In this document: positions 31,723-42,048 of the stretch, in pieces | How the letters are laid out: every line of letters begins with the position of its first letter | Numbering within the stretch: the first letter of the stretch is position 1 | Assembly (NCBI GenBank): GCA_944392845.1 | Contig: CALXYE010000072.1 | Span: 25,558 to 89,557 of the forward strand | Direction: 5' to 3' | From: an uncultured Alphaproteobacteria bacterium | GTDB taxonomy: Bacteria; Pseudomonadota; Alphaproteobacteria; CAAGCB01; CAG-977 | Length of the DNA stretch: 64,000 nt | Made by a program: the position numbers and the translations under genes | Notes under the pieces: model-generated | The model's input: the letters and a program-made list of their open reading frames with translations, nothing else | What the model was told of the DNA's origin: nothing | Databases searched by the model: none

Positions 31723-32414
31723 AAAAAAATTTTTTATTTTCTTTTGCCTTATTGGCTTTATGTATGGCCGTTTTTGAGCTTACGGATTGGGACGTAAGGC
31801 TTCAGGACCGTTTTTATAACGACGGATGGCTGATTTCTCCCGAACTGCATCGGGTTTTGTCGCCGTTTTTTTACCGGGGCTTTAAAATTTTTACGGCGAC
31901 CGTCGGCGCTTTTTGCCTGATCTGCTTTATGCTGTCGTTTAAAAAAGAAAAGCTCAAGGCGTATCGTTTCGCATTTTTGATGCTGTTGTTAAGCATTATT
32001 TTCGTTCCCGCGATCGTCGCGGGGGCAAAACAGGTCACAAACCAATACTGCCCGAAACATATTGTCCGTTATGGCGGCGTTGTTCCTCACGTCGGCGTTT
32101 TCGAATCATATCCCGCCGATTTCATCCAAGTCAAAAAAGGCAAATGTTTTCCCGCGGGACACGCGACGAGCGGCTTTGCCTTCATGGGATTGTTTTTTTG
32201 CTTCGCGACGCGCAGGAAACGGTTGGCGGGGCTTGCTTTCGGGATATTTGCGGGGTGGATGACGGGCACATACCAAATGCTGCGCGGCGAACATTTTTTA
32301 TCGCATACGCTGGTCAGTATGATAGCGTCATGGATCGTTATTTCGGCGATTTATTGTCTGCTGAAACGTTTCTGTACAGATCCCGCCAATCCGATGCGTG
32401 CTGATAATAGCTGA
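31722..32414 (+). CDS. PAP2-family lipid phosphatase. A GTG start overlaps the preceding stop.
   Basis: PAP2 motifs KxxxxxxCPKH, PAGHATSG (PSGH box) and RGEHFLSHT (SRx5H box). Confidence 0.65.
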   Translation, partial: KKNFLFSFALLALCMAVFELTDWDVRLQDRFYNDGWLISPELHRVLSPFFYRGFKIFTATVGAFCLICFMLSFKKEKLKAYRFAFLMLLLSIIFVPAIVAGAKQVTNQYCPKHIVRYGGVVPHVGVFESYPADFIQVKKGKCFPAGHATSGFAFMGLFFCFATRRKRLAGLAFGIFAGWMTGTYQMLRGEHFLSHTLVSMIASWIVISAIYCLLKRFCTDPANPMRADNS

Positions 32415-34233
32415 CCGCCCCTTCCAACAGGTCGGGCAAAGGCTCTTTCGTTTGTTTTCCGTCCTTATAATACGTAACGGCTTTAACGGGCTTCAGGACG
32501 ACCAGGTCTTTGTCCTTTGAATATCCGACATACTGGTAATTGCTGACGAAATAACGCGGAGCATAATCGGGCTTTAACGCGTCCTTGCCGTAAAAAACGC
32601 TGTCGTAATCAAAGTTCAGCAAACCTAACAAAGTCGGCAACATGTCGATTTGACTGACGGGGAAATCGTAACGTTTGGGCTTAACGTGTTTCGGAGCATA
32701 AAAGATCCAAGGGATTCTGTGCGTTTCGGGGTTAAGCTCCTGTTTTCCGGCGCTTCCCGCGCCGTGATCGGCAATGAAAACGAACAGCGTGTCGTTGAAC
32801 CACGGCTTTGTTTTTGCATTTTTGATCAATTCGCCGACGGCGAAATCGGCATATTTAACGGCTCCGAAACGCCCCGTTTTCGACGGGATGTCGATTTTTC
32901 CCTCCGGATATGTAAAGGGACGGTGATTCGAAGTCGTCATGACAAGCTGTAAAAAGGGGTTGCCTTCCGCATAGGACTCGTCGGCTTCCCGTATGACGCG
33001 GTCAAAGATATCTTCGTCCGATACGCCCCAGATATTGGCGTGACGAATTTGTGAATCATCCAGATCGGTTCTGTCAATGACTTCAAAGCCGTTGTTGCCG
33101 AAGAAATAATTCATATTGTCGAAGTAACCGTAACCGCCGTAAAGCCATTTTGTATCATAGCCTTTTTCTTTAAAAACCGATCCGATTGAATGCAGGTTTT
33201 CATTTTCCTTGCGGCGAAGGACGGACATGCCCGGCAGGGGCGGAATCGACAGACTGACGGCTTCCAACCCGCGAACGGTTCTGGTTCCCGTCGCGTAGGT
33301 GCGGCTGAAAAAGATGCCTTCCTTAGACAGGCGTGATAAGTTCGGCGTCATGATATGGTCGGGATGAAGCTCGTCAAAGAATTCGTATCCCATGCTTTCC
33401 ATGACAACGACGATGACATTGAGCTTTTTTTCGGGAGCTTCGGAAGTGATTTTCCGTTCTACGGAATCGGCGTCGTTTTTGAACGTCGTTCCTTTTTGTT
33501 TCAGGTCTTTTTTCAAAAAGGCCGCGTTTTCCCGATTCAGGCGGGTTACATAAAAATCCCGATAGTTTAATTCGTTTTTGATGAACGCGCTGAACAGGCT
33601 GTACAGCCCGTCTTTGGAAACTTCGTTGTTATATCTGTTTTCTCCTTTTTCCGCCAGCTTGATGTCTACGGCGAAATAGGACGCCGTACACAGCAAAAGC
33701 AGTCCCAGAACCGCGGCGACGCGCTGCTTTACGGAAGGCGTCGCGACATTCGGGAACAGGAAACGGCGGCACGGGCGGGCGATCAGGATCGAAACGGCGA
33801 CGATTGTTCCCGTAATCTCAAACACGGGGTACGATTGCATGATGTTGCCGATGACTTCCTTCGTATAGACCAAATAATCAACGGCAATAAAATTAAACGA
33901 AGATTCGAATTCTTCCCAAAAAATACATTCCGAAACTTCTTCGAAAATATTAAAGATCAAAAACAGCGTAAACAGAACGAACGTAAAACGTCTGTCGAAT
34001 CTGCCGAAAGTTTTGTTTTTGGGGAGCAGGGCGAAATAAAGAGCCAGAGGAACCGCCATATACAGGAACGATATCGTCATCTGCAAAAGCAGTACGCCGG
34101 CAACCCGCGCCATGGCGGCAAACGAAAAGTCCATGTTCGCGCGTTCAATGACGCATAAGACGGACGTTTCAATCAATTCTATGATAAGGGCTGCGATATA
34201 AAACGGCGCTAACCGACGAACGAAATACGTCAT
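32338..34233 (-). CDS. LTA synthase / sulfatase-family membrane protein (phosphoglycerol or phosphoethanolamine transferase-like)
   Basis: Five N-terminal TM helices followed by an alkaline-phosphatase/sulfatase domain (MESMGYEF...TYATGTRTVRGLEA...SNHRPFTYP). Confidence 0.7.
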   Translation of the reverse strand: MTYFVRRLAPFYIAALIIELIETSVLCVIERANMDFSFAAMARVAGVLLLQMTISFLYMAVPLALYFALLPKNKTFGRFDRRFTFVLFTLFLIFNIFEEVSECIFWEEFESSFNFIAVDYLVYTKEVIGNIMQSYPVFEITGTIVAVSILIARPCRRFLFPNVATPSVKQRVAAVLGLLLLCTASYFAVDIKLAEKGENRYNNEVSKDGLYSLFSAFIKNELNYRDFYVTRLNRENAAFLKKDLKQKGTTFKNDADSVERKITSEAPEKKLNVIVVVMESMGYEFFDELHPDHIMTPNLSRLSKEGIFFSRTYATGTRTVRGLEAVSLSIPPLPGMSVLRRKENENLHSIGSVFKEKGYDTKWLYGGYGYFDNMNYFFGNNGFEVIDRTDLDDSQIRHANIWGVSDEDIFDRVIREADESYAEGNPFLQLVMTTSNHRPFTYPEGKIDIPSKTGRFGAVKYADFAVGELIKNAKTKPWFNDTLFVFIADHGAGSAGKQELNPETHRIPWIFYAPKHVKPKRYDFPVSQIDMLPTLLGLLNFDYDSVFYGKDALKPDYAPRYFVSNYQYVGYSKDKDLVVLKPVKAVTYYKDGKQTKEPLPDLLEGAVSYYQHASDWRDLYRNVSADNKSPK

Positions 34234-34359
34234 GATTTTTTCCCCTGCATGGAAAGTCCGTCTTTTTTCTATAAAAAGCCGCGGAAAAAATCAATATGAA
34301 ATAGGTGTTCACACATAAAATTTCTATCTATGATTTTGTTTTTGAGAAAAGGGCGGAGA

Positions 34360-35655
34360 TCAACCCTTTTCGGAATTTCTTTTCTTTTTTGCCAAAATAA
34401 AGGGCGAAGGAGATTTGGCGGGATTTTTTTCGGGAAGCAAAGCGTCTCGAATCTTTTCTTTTATTTCGCGCATCTTATCAACGCCCGACCAGCGTGTCGG
34501 TCCGATGCTGACGCCGGGAATCGCCGCGGGGTCGAAATATCCCTGCCCCAATGCGGCGACGGTTGTGAAAACGGCTGATTTTACCAAGGTGTCCGCCAAT
34601 TTTTCGCGGCGTTCCTTCGGAGTCAGCGAAGGCGCGTCCTTTTTGGAAGACAGCCTGGCCGCCGCATCGTGAAGCAAGCGCGCGTTATACAGGGCTTTGC
34701 CGACGACGATCGCGCCGATGAACGCGGCGCCCGACCACGGACCGAACTGGGCAGCCAGCAACGCCGTTCCGCCCAAACGGACGGTCAGATGTCCCGCCAT
34801 TTTGATCCACGGGCGTTGAACGTACAGAAATTTCTTTTTTTGCAGTTTTTCGGGAACTTTCAACCCCTTTGCCATGAATGCGGCGACTTTTTCCCTGCGA
34901 GCCTTTTCTTCCGCGCGGCGCTCCGTCATCAGGTCATATGCCCAATGCGCTTTGTCGGCGATCATGTAGTACGTTACGGCCATGGCGCCGCCCAATGCCG
35001 CCGCGCCCAACGTCGCCGCCACCTTAACGGCGGGTTTTTCGTTGAAATCATAGACGTCCGAAACGACCTTGACGGCTTTTTTCGCGGCGTATTTCAATGC
35101 GCTGAAAATTTTTTTCGGATGCTTCATCGCTTTTTTCAAAAAGCGCGCGGCGGGAGAAGGCTTCGAAGCGTCGCGGGAAACGCCGTCATGGACGGTCAGT
35201 TTCGTTGCATCCGCGAAAAATTCGGCGACGGGCGCCAATTTTCGCAGGTCGCGTTCATATTTTTCCGTCGTTTCGGAAGTCGGAAAAACGTTTGTAATCT
35301 CTTGTCCCGTTTCTTGAGATGCCCGCCAGGCTTCCTGTTTGTCTTCGTCTGTTCCTTCCGCCGCGACGGCCGTCCATCCCAGCGAAGAAACGACCCGCAT
35401 CAGCGAAGCGATGTCTCCGGCGTCGTAGCCGCCTTCCATTCGCACCGCTTCCGCCGTTCCCGATAAAGAAACATCCCTGTTTTTGAATTTCATTTCCAAT
35501 CGCGGAAGGGAATGTTCGTCCCGAACAACGCGCAGATACGCCAAATCCTTGCGTTCTTCGGCGGAAAGAACTTGGTGCACGGCGGATATGCGTTCGGGCG
35601 TCAGCCCGGTGCGGCCGTCGGCGGGAGTCAGGTTTTTAATTTCTATCCGCTTCAT
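34360..35655 (-). CDS. Hypothetical protein of 431 aa, with a soluble N-terminal half and a C-terminal region carrying predicted TM helices
   Basis: No recognisable family. It is Ala/Lys-rich, has a basic C-terminal tail, and has an RBS and ATG at 35655. Confidence 0.5.
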   Translation of the reverse strand: MKRIEIKNLTPADGRTGLTPERISAVHQVLSAEERKDLAYLRVVRDEHSLPRLEMKFKNRDVSLSGTAEAVRMEGGYDAGDIASLMRVVSSLGWTAVAAEGTDEDKQEAWRASQETGQEITNVFPTSETTEKYERDLRKLAPVAEFFADATKLTVHDGVSRDASKPSPAARFLKKAMKHPKKIFSALKYAAKKAVKVVSDVYDFNEKPAVKVAATLGAAALGGAMAVTYYMIADKAHWAYDLMTERRAEEKARREKVAAFMAKGLKVPEKLQKKKFLYVQRPWIKMAGHLTVRLGGTALLAAQFGPWSGAAFIGAIVVGKALYNARLLHDAAARLSSKKDAPSLTPKERREKLADTLVKSAVFTTVAALGQGYFDPAAIPGVSIGPTRWSGVDKMREIKEKIRDALLPEKNPAKSPSPFILAKKKRNSEKG

Positions 35656-35818
35656 GGTCTTCGTTCGTCAGATGAGTCAAAAAGCCTTAAAAGCAGTATC
35701 TCATACCGTTTTCGGAAAAACAAGCCTGTTTTTTGTCTAAAAAATTTTTTCCGATTAAAATGAAAAAGCCTCTTTTTCTTTTTGAATCAGAGGCTTTCAT
35801 CATCTTTCGGGGAGCGGT

Positions 35819-37111
35819 TCACCCCAAGACTTTTTTAAAAATAAAGTCAATTTGACGCATATAGAAAGTGACGTCAAACAGCTCTTTGAGCTTTTCGGGA
35901 GGCAGAACTGCCGTAACTTCGGCGTCGGCGGACAGCAAGTCAAAGAACGTTCCTTCGCCCGCCCAGACTTTCATCGCATTGCGTTGAACCAGGCGATACG
36001 CCGTTTCGCGGCTTGTTCCCGCATCAACCATGGCAAGCATAATCCGCTGGGAAAAGATCAGGCCTTTCAGGCGGTTCAGGTTTGCTTCCATGTTTTCCGG
36101 ATAGACCAACAGTTTTTCGATAATTCCCGCCAGGCGGTTCAAAGCGAAATCCAAGCCGATCATTGCGTCGGGAGCAATAATGCGTTCGTTTGAGGAATGG
36201 GAAATATCGCGTTCATGCCACAGAGCAACGTTTTCCAGCGCGGGGATAACGTAGGAACGGATCAGCCTTGCCAACCCCGTCAGGTTTTCTGACAATACGG
36301 GATTACGTTTATGCGGCATGGCGGAAGACCCTTTCTGTCCCGCCGAGAAAAACTCTTCGGCTTCGCGGACTTCGGTGCGTTGCAAATGCCTGATTTCGAC
36401 GGCCAAACGCTCAATGGAACTGGCGACGACGGCGACGGCGGCGAAAAAAGCGGCGTAACGGTCGCGGGGGATGACTTGGGTTGAAACGGGTTCGGGGGTT
36501 AATCCCAATTTTTCCGCGACATACCGCTCAACGCGCGGATCAATCGTGGCGAACGTGCCGACCGCGCCCGAAATCGCGCAGGTGGCAACCTCTTCGCGGG
36601 CGGTTTCAAGGCGTTTTTTATTGCGTAAAAATTCGGCATAAAAGCCCAACAGCTTCAATCCGAACGTCGTCGGTTCGGCATGAATGCCGTGGCTGCGTCC
36701 GATACACGGGGTGAATTTGTGTTCCAAAGCGCGTTTTTTCAACGCTTCCAGCAGACGATCGACATCCTTTAACAGAATGTCGGCCGATTGAGTCAGGCGC
36801 ATATTGAAAGACGTGTCCAAAACGTCCGAAGACGTCATTCCCTGATGCATGTAACGGGCGGAGTCGCCGACGTTCTCGCCGACGTTGGTCAGAAAGGCGA
36901 TAACGTCATGCTTAACTTCCGCTTCGATTTCGTCGATGCGTTTCGGGTCGAATTTTCCTTTTTCCCGAATATCTTTGACGGCGGATTCGGGAATTTGCCC
37001 CAGCTTTGCCAAAGCTTCGCAGGCCAGAGCTTCGATCTCGAACCATGTTTGAAATTTGTTTTCGTCCGTCCAAACGGCGGACATTTCGGGACGGCTGTAA
37101 CGGGGAATCAT
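35819..37111 (-). CDS. purB: Adenylosuccinate lyase. The ATG at 37111 has an AAGGAAGG RBS.
   Basis: MIPRYSRPEMSAVWTDENKFQTWFEIE... and the fumarate-lyase signature GSSAMPHKRNP. Confidence 0.95.
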   Translation of the reverse strand: MIPRYSRPEMSAVWTDENKFQTWFEIEALACEALAKLGQIPESAVKDIREKGKFDPKRIDEIEAEVKHDVIAFLTNVGENVGDSARYMHQGMTSSDVLDTSFNMRLTQSADILLKDVDRLLEALKKRALEHKFTPCIGRSHGIHAEPTTFGLKLLGFYAEFLRNKKRLETAREEVATCAISGAVGTFATIDPRVERYVAEKLGLTPEPVSTQVIPRDRYAAFFAAVAVVASSIERLAVEIRHLQRTEVREAEEFFSAGQKGSSAMPHKRNPVLSENLTGLARLIRSYVIPALENVALWHERDISHSSNERIIAPDAMIGLDFALNRLAGIIEKLLVYPENMEANLNRLKGLIFSQRIMLAMVDAGTSRETAYRLVQRNAMKVWAGEGTFFDLLSADAEVTAVLPPEKLKELFDVTFYMRQIDFIFKKVLG

Positions 37112-37199
37112 TCGGACCTTCCTTTGTTTTTCAAAAAAAGACTTTCCCGAAAGCGGGAAATTTTGTTTACTGTCAGTAATATGAACAAAGGAGAAAAAA

Positions 37200-37517
37200 A
37201 TGCAAACAGAAACAGTCATCCGCGCCGTTGATTATATGCCGGCCCCCCTGCAGCCGATTGAAGGTTTGGATCCCGTCAGGACGTCCGAAACGAACGGCAT
37301 GGTGATGCGTTTGTTCGGCGCCGTTCCCGATTATTCCAAAAAGCCGTACGAACGGCTGTGGCAAGAGGTTTTCAACGCCGATGAAAAAGATATGGCGGAT
37401 TACTGCCGTTCAAAGGGGATCGATATTTTGGATGATTCCAAAAAACCCGTTCCCGGCTGGCGCGACATTGCCGTGATGCTCAAAGCGGTGGACGAGAAGC
37501 TTATCGAACGCGCTTGA
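37200..37517 (+). CDS. Small conserved hypothetical protein
   Basis: A strong RBS AAAGGAGAAAAAA lies before the ATG. No recognised motif. Confidence 0.5.
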   Translation: MQTETVIRAVDYMPAPLQPIEGLDPVRTSETNGMVMRLFGAVPDYSKKPYERLWQEVFNADEKDMADYCRSKGIDILDDSKKPVPGWRDIAVMLKAVDEKLIERA

Positions 37518-37526
37518 AGTTAAAAA

Positions 37527-37560
37527 AAAGAGGGGCCGCAGGGCTCCTCTTTTTTCGTTC
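37527..37560. terminator. Bidirectional terminator between the small hypothetical gene and htpG
   Basis: A 10-bp stem (aagaggggcc / ggctcctctt) with a gcag tetraloop, flanked by an A-run and a T-run. Confidence 0.6.
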
Positions 37561-37574
37561 CGTTGCGGCCGTTT

Positions 37575-39434
37575 TTAATCGACGGCGCGCATCATAAAGG
37601 CCGTTACTTTTTGCGAAAATCCCGCGGGATCCGCAATCGGTTCGCCTTCAATGATTTTTGCCTGGTCATAGAGGACTTTGACCAAATCTTTGTTTGTATC
37701 GCCCGTATCTCCCGCGGCGACTTTGGCGGCGATTTTTTTAATTAACGGGTGGCGCGGGTTGATGTCCAGATAATGTGTGCTGGCGTACAGCGTCGGCTGG
37801 TTATGCTGGCGCATCATGCGTTCCAGATGGATGGATACCTCGCCGTCGCCCGACGTCAGCGCGACGGGGCTGCGCGTTAAGCGTTCCGTCGGGCGGACTT
37901 CTTTGATTTCGTCGCCGATGACTTCCTTCATAAATTTTGCCAGCGCTTCAATGTCCGCGTCGGGAGCCTTTTCTTCCAGCCCCGTTTGGTCGGTTATCAA
38001 AAGGGTTTCAAGCTCCTTAGCTCCCGCGCCGACGGTTTTGACGGGAAAGTCCTTATATTTCGTCAGGCTTTGCGGCCAGAATTCATCAATCGGGTCGGTC
38101 AGAAGAAGCACTTCGATTCCTCTGGCGGCAAAGCCCTCCAGCTGAGGATTATGGCGCAGGACGGACAAATTGTCGCCCGTAACGTAATAAATGCTCTTTT
38201 GTCCGTCCTTCATGCGGGAAACATAATCCGCCAAAGACGTCAGGCCTTCACCGTTCGTTGAATAAAAACGGCACAGTTCGGCGATGTCGTCGCGGTTTGA
38301 AGCGTCTTCAAACAGCCCTTCCTTCAAAACAATGCCGAAGGCATCCCAGAATTTTTCGTAATCTTCCCCGTTCTCGGCGCGTTTTTTCAATTCGCCGAGG
38401 ATGCGCCGCGTAACGCCCGTTTTGATTTTTGACAGGACGGGCGTTTTTTGCAGCATTTCGCGGCTGACGTTCAGGGGCAATTCCTTAGTGTCGATGATGC
38501 CTTTGACGAAACGCAGGTAGTTCGGCAGCATGTCCGCAATCTGATCGGTGATAAAAACGCGGTTAATGTACAGCTTGATCTGCGCGTTGCGGTTCGGCTG
38601 GAAAATATCGAACGGCGTTTTTGAAGGGATGAACATCAAAGCGGTGTATTCAATCGTTCCTTCCGCTTTGTAATGCAGGATGTCCCACGGATCGTCAAAC
38701 GCGTGGGAAATATGGCGGTAAAAATCGTAATATTGCTCCTGCGTGATTTCGGCTTTATTGCGCGTCCATAAGGCGCTGGCCGTGTTGACCGTTTCTTCTT
38801 CGCCCATGAAGTGCATGATGACGGGAAAAGAGATATGGTCGGAAAACTGACGCACGATCTGACGGATCTCGCCCGCATCGGCGTATTGATAATGGTCGGG
38901 TTTCAAATACAGCGTAATCTTTGTACCGCGGGAGACGTTCTCTTCTTCCCTGATCGTGAAAGACCCCGACCCTTCGGATGTCCACAGCCATCCCTGTTCT
39001 TCGCCCGCTTTTCTGGATCTGACCTCAACCTTGTTTGCGACCATGAAAGCGGAATAGAACCCGACGCCGAATTGCCCGATGATGGTCGCGTCTTTTTGCG
39101 CGTCACCCGTTAAGTTGCTTAAAAATTCGGCGGAACCCGATTTCCCGATGCTGCCCAAGTCTTTAATCAGGTCTTCCTTGTTCATTCCGATGCCGTTATC
39201 GGAAATCGTTAAGGTATGGGCGTCCTTATCGGGAAAAACGTCAATCTTAAATTCGCCGCCGCCTTTGGCGATGTCGGGCTTCATGATGGCGGCGTAGCGC
39301 AGCTTGTCGCAAGCATCGGAAGCGTTCGAGATCAATTCTCTTAAAAAAATGTCCGTGTTTGAATATAAAGCGTTGACGACAATATCCAAAACCTTGCCGA
39401 CTTCGGCTTGGAATTGCAATTTTTCTTCCGACAT
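37575..39434 (-). CDS. htpG: Molecular chaperone HtpG (Hsp90)
   Basis: GHKL ATPase N-terminus (FQAEVGKVLDIVVNALYSNTDIFLRELISNASDA) and full-length Hsp90. Confidence 0.97.
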   Translation of the reverse strand: MSEEKLQFQAEVGKVLDIVVNALYSNTDIFLRELISNASDACDKLRYAAIMKPDIAKGGGEFKIDVFPDKDAHTLTISDNGIGMNKEDLIKDLGSIGKSGSAEFLSNLTGDAQKDATIIGQFGVGFYSAFMVANKVEVRSRKAGEEQGWLWTSEGSGSFTIREEENVSRGTKITLYLKPDHYQYADAGEIRQIVRQFSDHISFPVIMHFMGEEETVNTASALWTRNKAEITQEQYYDFYRHISHAFDDPWDILHYKAEGTIEYTALMFIPSKTPFDIFQPNRNAQIKLYINRVFITDQIADMLPNYLRFVKGIIDTKELPLNVSREMLQKTPVLSKIKTGVTRRILGELKKRAENGEDYEKFWDAFGIVLKEGLFEDASNRDDIAELCRFYSTNGEGLTSLADYVSRMKDGQKSIYYVTGDNLSVLRHNPQLEGFAARGIEVLLLTDPIDEFWPQSLTKYKDFPVKTVGAGAKELETLLITDQTGLEEKAPDADIEALAKFMKEVIGDEIKEVRPTERLTRSPVALTSGDGEVSIHLERMMRQHNQPTLYASTHYLDINPRHPLIKKIAAKVAAGDTGDTNKDLVKVLYDQAKIIEGEPIADPAGFSQKVTAFMMRAVD

Positions 39435-39516
39435 TATAACCTCCGTTTTTTATCAGCGACCTTTTATATGGTATGCTGAGTCGCTTTTCGCAACGATTTT
39501 AAGAAAGTTTTTTGAA

Positions 39517-42048
39517 ATGCCTTCTTTGGTTACCGCTTTGCTGGGTCCGACGAACACGGGAAAAACGTATCTGGCCGTCGAAAAGATGATGACGCGCAAA
39601 ACGGGGATGATCGGTTTTCCGCTTCGGCTTTTGGCGCGGGAAAACTACGATCGCGTCGCGGCGAAATGCGGCGCGGACAAGGTTGCGCTGATTACGGGCG
39701 AAGAAAAAATCCTTCCCGAATCGCCGTCGTATTTCATTTGTACGGTCGAAGCGATGCCGATGGAAAGGCAGGTCGATTTTTTGGCGGTTGACGAAATACA
39801 AATGGCGGCGGACGCCGAACGCGGACACGTTTTTACGGACAGGCTGCTGCACGCCAGAGGACGTATGGAAACGATGTTTTTGGGGGCGGAAACGATACGT
39901 CCCGTATTGGAACGCCTTTTGCCGGGAATTTATATTGAAACGCGCCCGCGTTTTTCAAAGCTGAGCTATACGGGGGTGAAAAAAATCACGCGTCTGCCGC
40001 CGCGTTCGGCGATTGTCGCGTTTTCTTTGGCCGACGTTTACGCTTTGGCAGAGCTGATTCGGCGTCAAAGGGGCGGCGCTGCCGTCGTGATGGGCGCTTT
40101 GAGCCCCCGTACGAGGAATGCTCAAGTCGATATGTTTCAATCGGGCGAGGTTGATTATCTTGTTGCGACGGATGCGATCGGCATGGGGCTGAACATGGAC
40201 ATATCGCACGTCTGCTTTGCCGCGCTCCGCAAATTTGACGGACAAAGGATGCGTTTGTTGTCTGCGGCTGAGCTGGGGCAGATTGCGGGGCGGGCGGGGC
40301 GCCATATGAAAGACGGGACGTTCGGCGTTGCGGCGGAGGCTTCGTCTCTGTCGCCCGAAACGGTCGAACGGATTGAAGAACACCGCTTTGAGCCGTTGAA
40401 CGGATTGTATTGGCGCAATTCCGATTTGAAATTTGCGACGTACGAAAGTCTGATCCGTTCTTTAAACGTGCGGCCGAACAAAGAAGGGCTGATCGGCGCG
40501 CGCAAGGCCGACGATCAGCTGGCGCTGGAAGCGTTGCTCAAAGATCCCGACATTGCGGCGGCGGCGAATCATCCCGCCAAGGTCAAACTGCTGTGGGAGG
40601 TGGCAAGCGTTCCCGATTTTCGCAAGATTACTCCCGAAGCGCACGCGCGTCTGCTGGCCGGGATATACCGTTACCTGTCGAAAGAAAATAAGATTCCCGA
40701 AGATTGGTTCGCGCGACAGGTCAAAAATCTGGACAAGACGGACGGAGACATAGATACTCTGACGGGACGTATTGCAGGAATCAGGATTTGGACGTATATT
40801 GCTCAACGTCGCGACTGGATCGCCCGTTCGGGATATTGGCAGGAAGTGACAAGAGCCGTTGAGGACGGGCTTTCCGACGCGTTGCATCGGAAACTGACTC
40901 AGCGTTTTGTGGATAGGCGAACATCTGTTTTGGTAAAAGGCATGAAGGCACAGGTAGAATTGTTTACGAAAATCGGCGAAGACGGCTTGGTCGAAGTCGA
41001 AGGGCAGCAAGTCGGACGTTTGGAAGGATTGCGTTTCGTTCCCGAAACGGGGGCGGGCAAGTTCGCCGATAAGGTTTTGATTTCGGCGGCGGAAAAGGCC
41101 TTGCAGGAAGAATTCAAGAACAGGGTCGCCGCACTTGTCGCCGGAAACGAAGAAGATTTTTCGTTGGAAAACGACGGCCGCCTGTTCTGGAAAGGCATGC
41201 CCGCCGGCAAAGCCGTCAGGGGGCGCGACGTCCTGCATCCTGACGTTCAAGCCGTCGTTCACGAAACGCTGGAGGCTTCTCAGGCCGAACAGGTCAAAAA
41301 CAAGTTGGCGGCATGGTTGGATTTTTACCTGAATAAAACGGCGGCGCCGCTGTATAACGCCGTGCGCGTGTTTGACGAGGAAAAACAGGCGACGGGCGCC
41401 GCGCGCGGTATTCTGTGGCAGACGGTTGAACGTTTGGGGACAATTCCCCGCGCCAACGTGCGCGATTTGGCCAAAGTTTTGACCGACGACGATAAGAAGG
41501 TTTTGGCGCGCGCGGGAATGCGGCTGGGGTATGATTTCATTTTCTTTCCGATGTTGCTGAAACCTGCGGCTCAGCGCGTTTGCGCCGTTTTGTGGAAGAT
41601 CTGGAACGAAAAGACGCAGTACGCGACGGGTTTTGCGATTGACGGCAAAATGTCAATCCCCGTTGAAAAAGGCATTCCTCACGCGCTTTATTTGGTTCAG
41701 GGATACGTTTTGGCGGGCGGCCGCGCCATCCGCGTTGACGTAATGGAACGCTTTACGGCAAAGCTGCGCGAAGTAACGCGGCAGGAAAAAGACAAACCGC
41801 AACCGTTGCCGCTGGAGCTTTTGTCTTTGGCGGGGCTGAAGCGCGACGAGGCCGCGGAGGTGTTCTCGCATCTGGGCTTTGACGTGACGAAGGAAGTAAC
41901 GAAGGACGGCGAAAAGGAAACGGAAACGCTGATGATTCGCTCCAAAGCCAAAAAATTCTCCAAAAAAGCGGATAAGAAACGTTCCGGAAAAGAAAAAGCG
42001 GTTAATTCGGATTCTCCGTTCGCCTGTCTGGCGTCTTTGAAAAAATGA
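39517..42048 (+). CDS. Suv3-like ATP-dependent helicase (helicase-related protein conserved in alphaproteobacteria). The ATG at 39517 is used.
   Basis: Walker A GPTNTGKT, DEIQ (DEAD-like) motif, a helicase C domain and a long C-terminal extension. Confidence 0.75.
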   Translation: MPSLVTALLGPTNTGKTYLAVEKMMTRKTGMIGFPLRLLARENYDRVAAKCGADKVALITGEEKILPESPSYFICTVEAMPMERQVDFLAVDEIQMAADAERGHVFTDRLLHARGRMETMFLGAETIRPVLERLLPGIYIETRPRFSKLSYTGVKKITRLPPRSAIVAFSLADVYALAELIRRQRGGAAVVMGALSPRTRNAQVDMFQSGEVDYLVATDAIGMGLNMDISHVCFAALRKFDGQRMRLLSAAELGQIAGRAGRHMKDGTFGVAAEASSLSPETVERIEEHRFEPLNGLYWRNSDLKFATYESLIRSLNVRPNKEGLIGARKADDQLALEALLKDPDIAAAANHPAKVKLLWEVASVPDFRKITPEAHARLLAGIYRYLSKENKIPEDWFARQVKNLDKTDGDIDTLTGRIAGIRIWTYIAQRRDWIARSGYWQEVTRAVEDGLSDALHRKLTQRFVDRRTSVLVKGMKAQVELFTKIGEDGLVEVEGQQVGRLEGLRFVPETGAGKFADKVLISAAEKALQEEFKNRVAALVAGNEEDFSLENDGRLFWKGMPAGKAVRGRDVLHPDVQAVVHETLEASQAEQVKNKLAAWLDFYLNKTAAPLYNAVRVFDEEKQATGAARGILWQTVERLGTIPRANVRDLAKVLTDDDKKVLARAGMRLGYDFIFFPMLLKPAAQRVCAVLWKIWNEKTQYATGFAIDGKMSIPVEKGIPHALYLVQGYVLAGGRAIRVDVMERFTAKLREVTRQEKDKPQPLPLELLSLAGLKRDEAAEVFSHLGFDVTKEVTKDGEKETETLMIRSKAKKFSKKADKKRSGKEKAVNSDSPFACLASLKK

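Noticed and set aside
34669-35466. 265-aa Arg-rich ORF on the plus strand
   Set aside because: It is antisense to the 431-aa hypothetical gene. Composition is extreme in Arg, with no RBS or motif. The minus-strand gene has a clean RBS and ATG and a hydrophobic domain.
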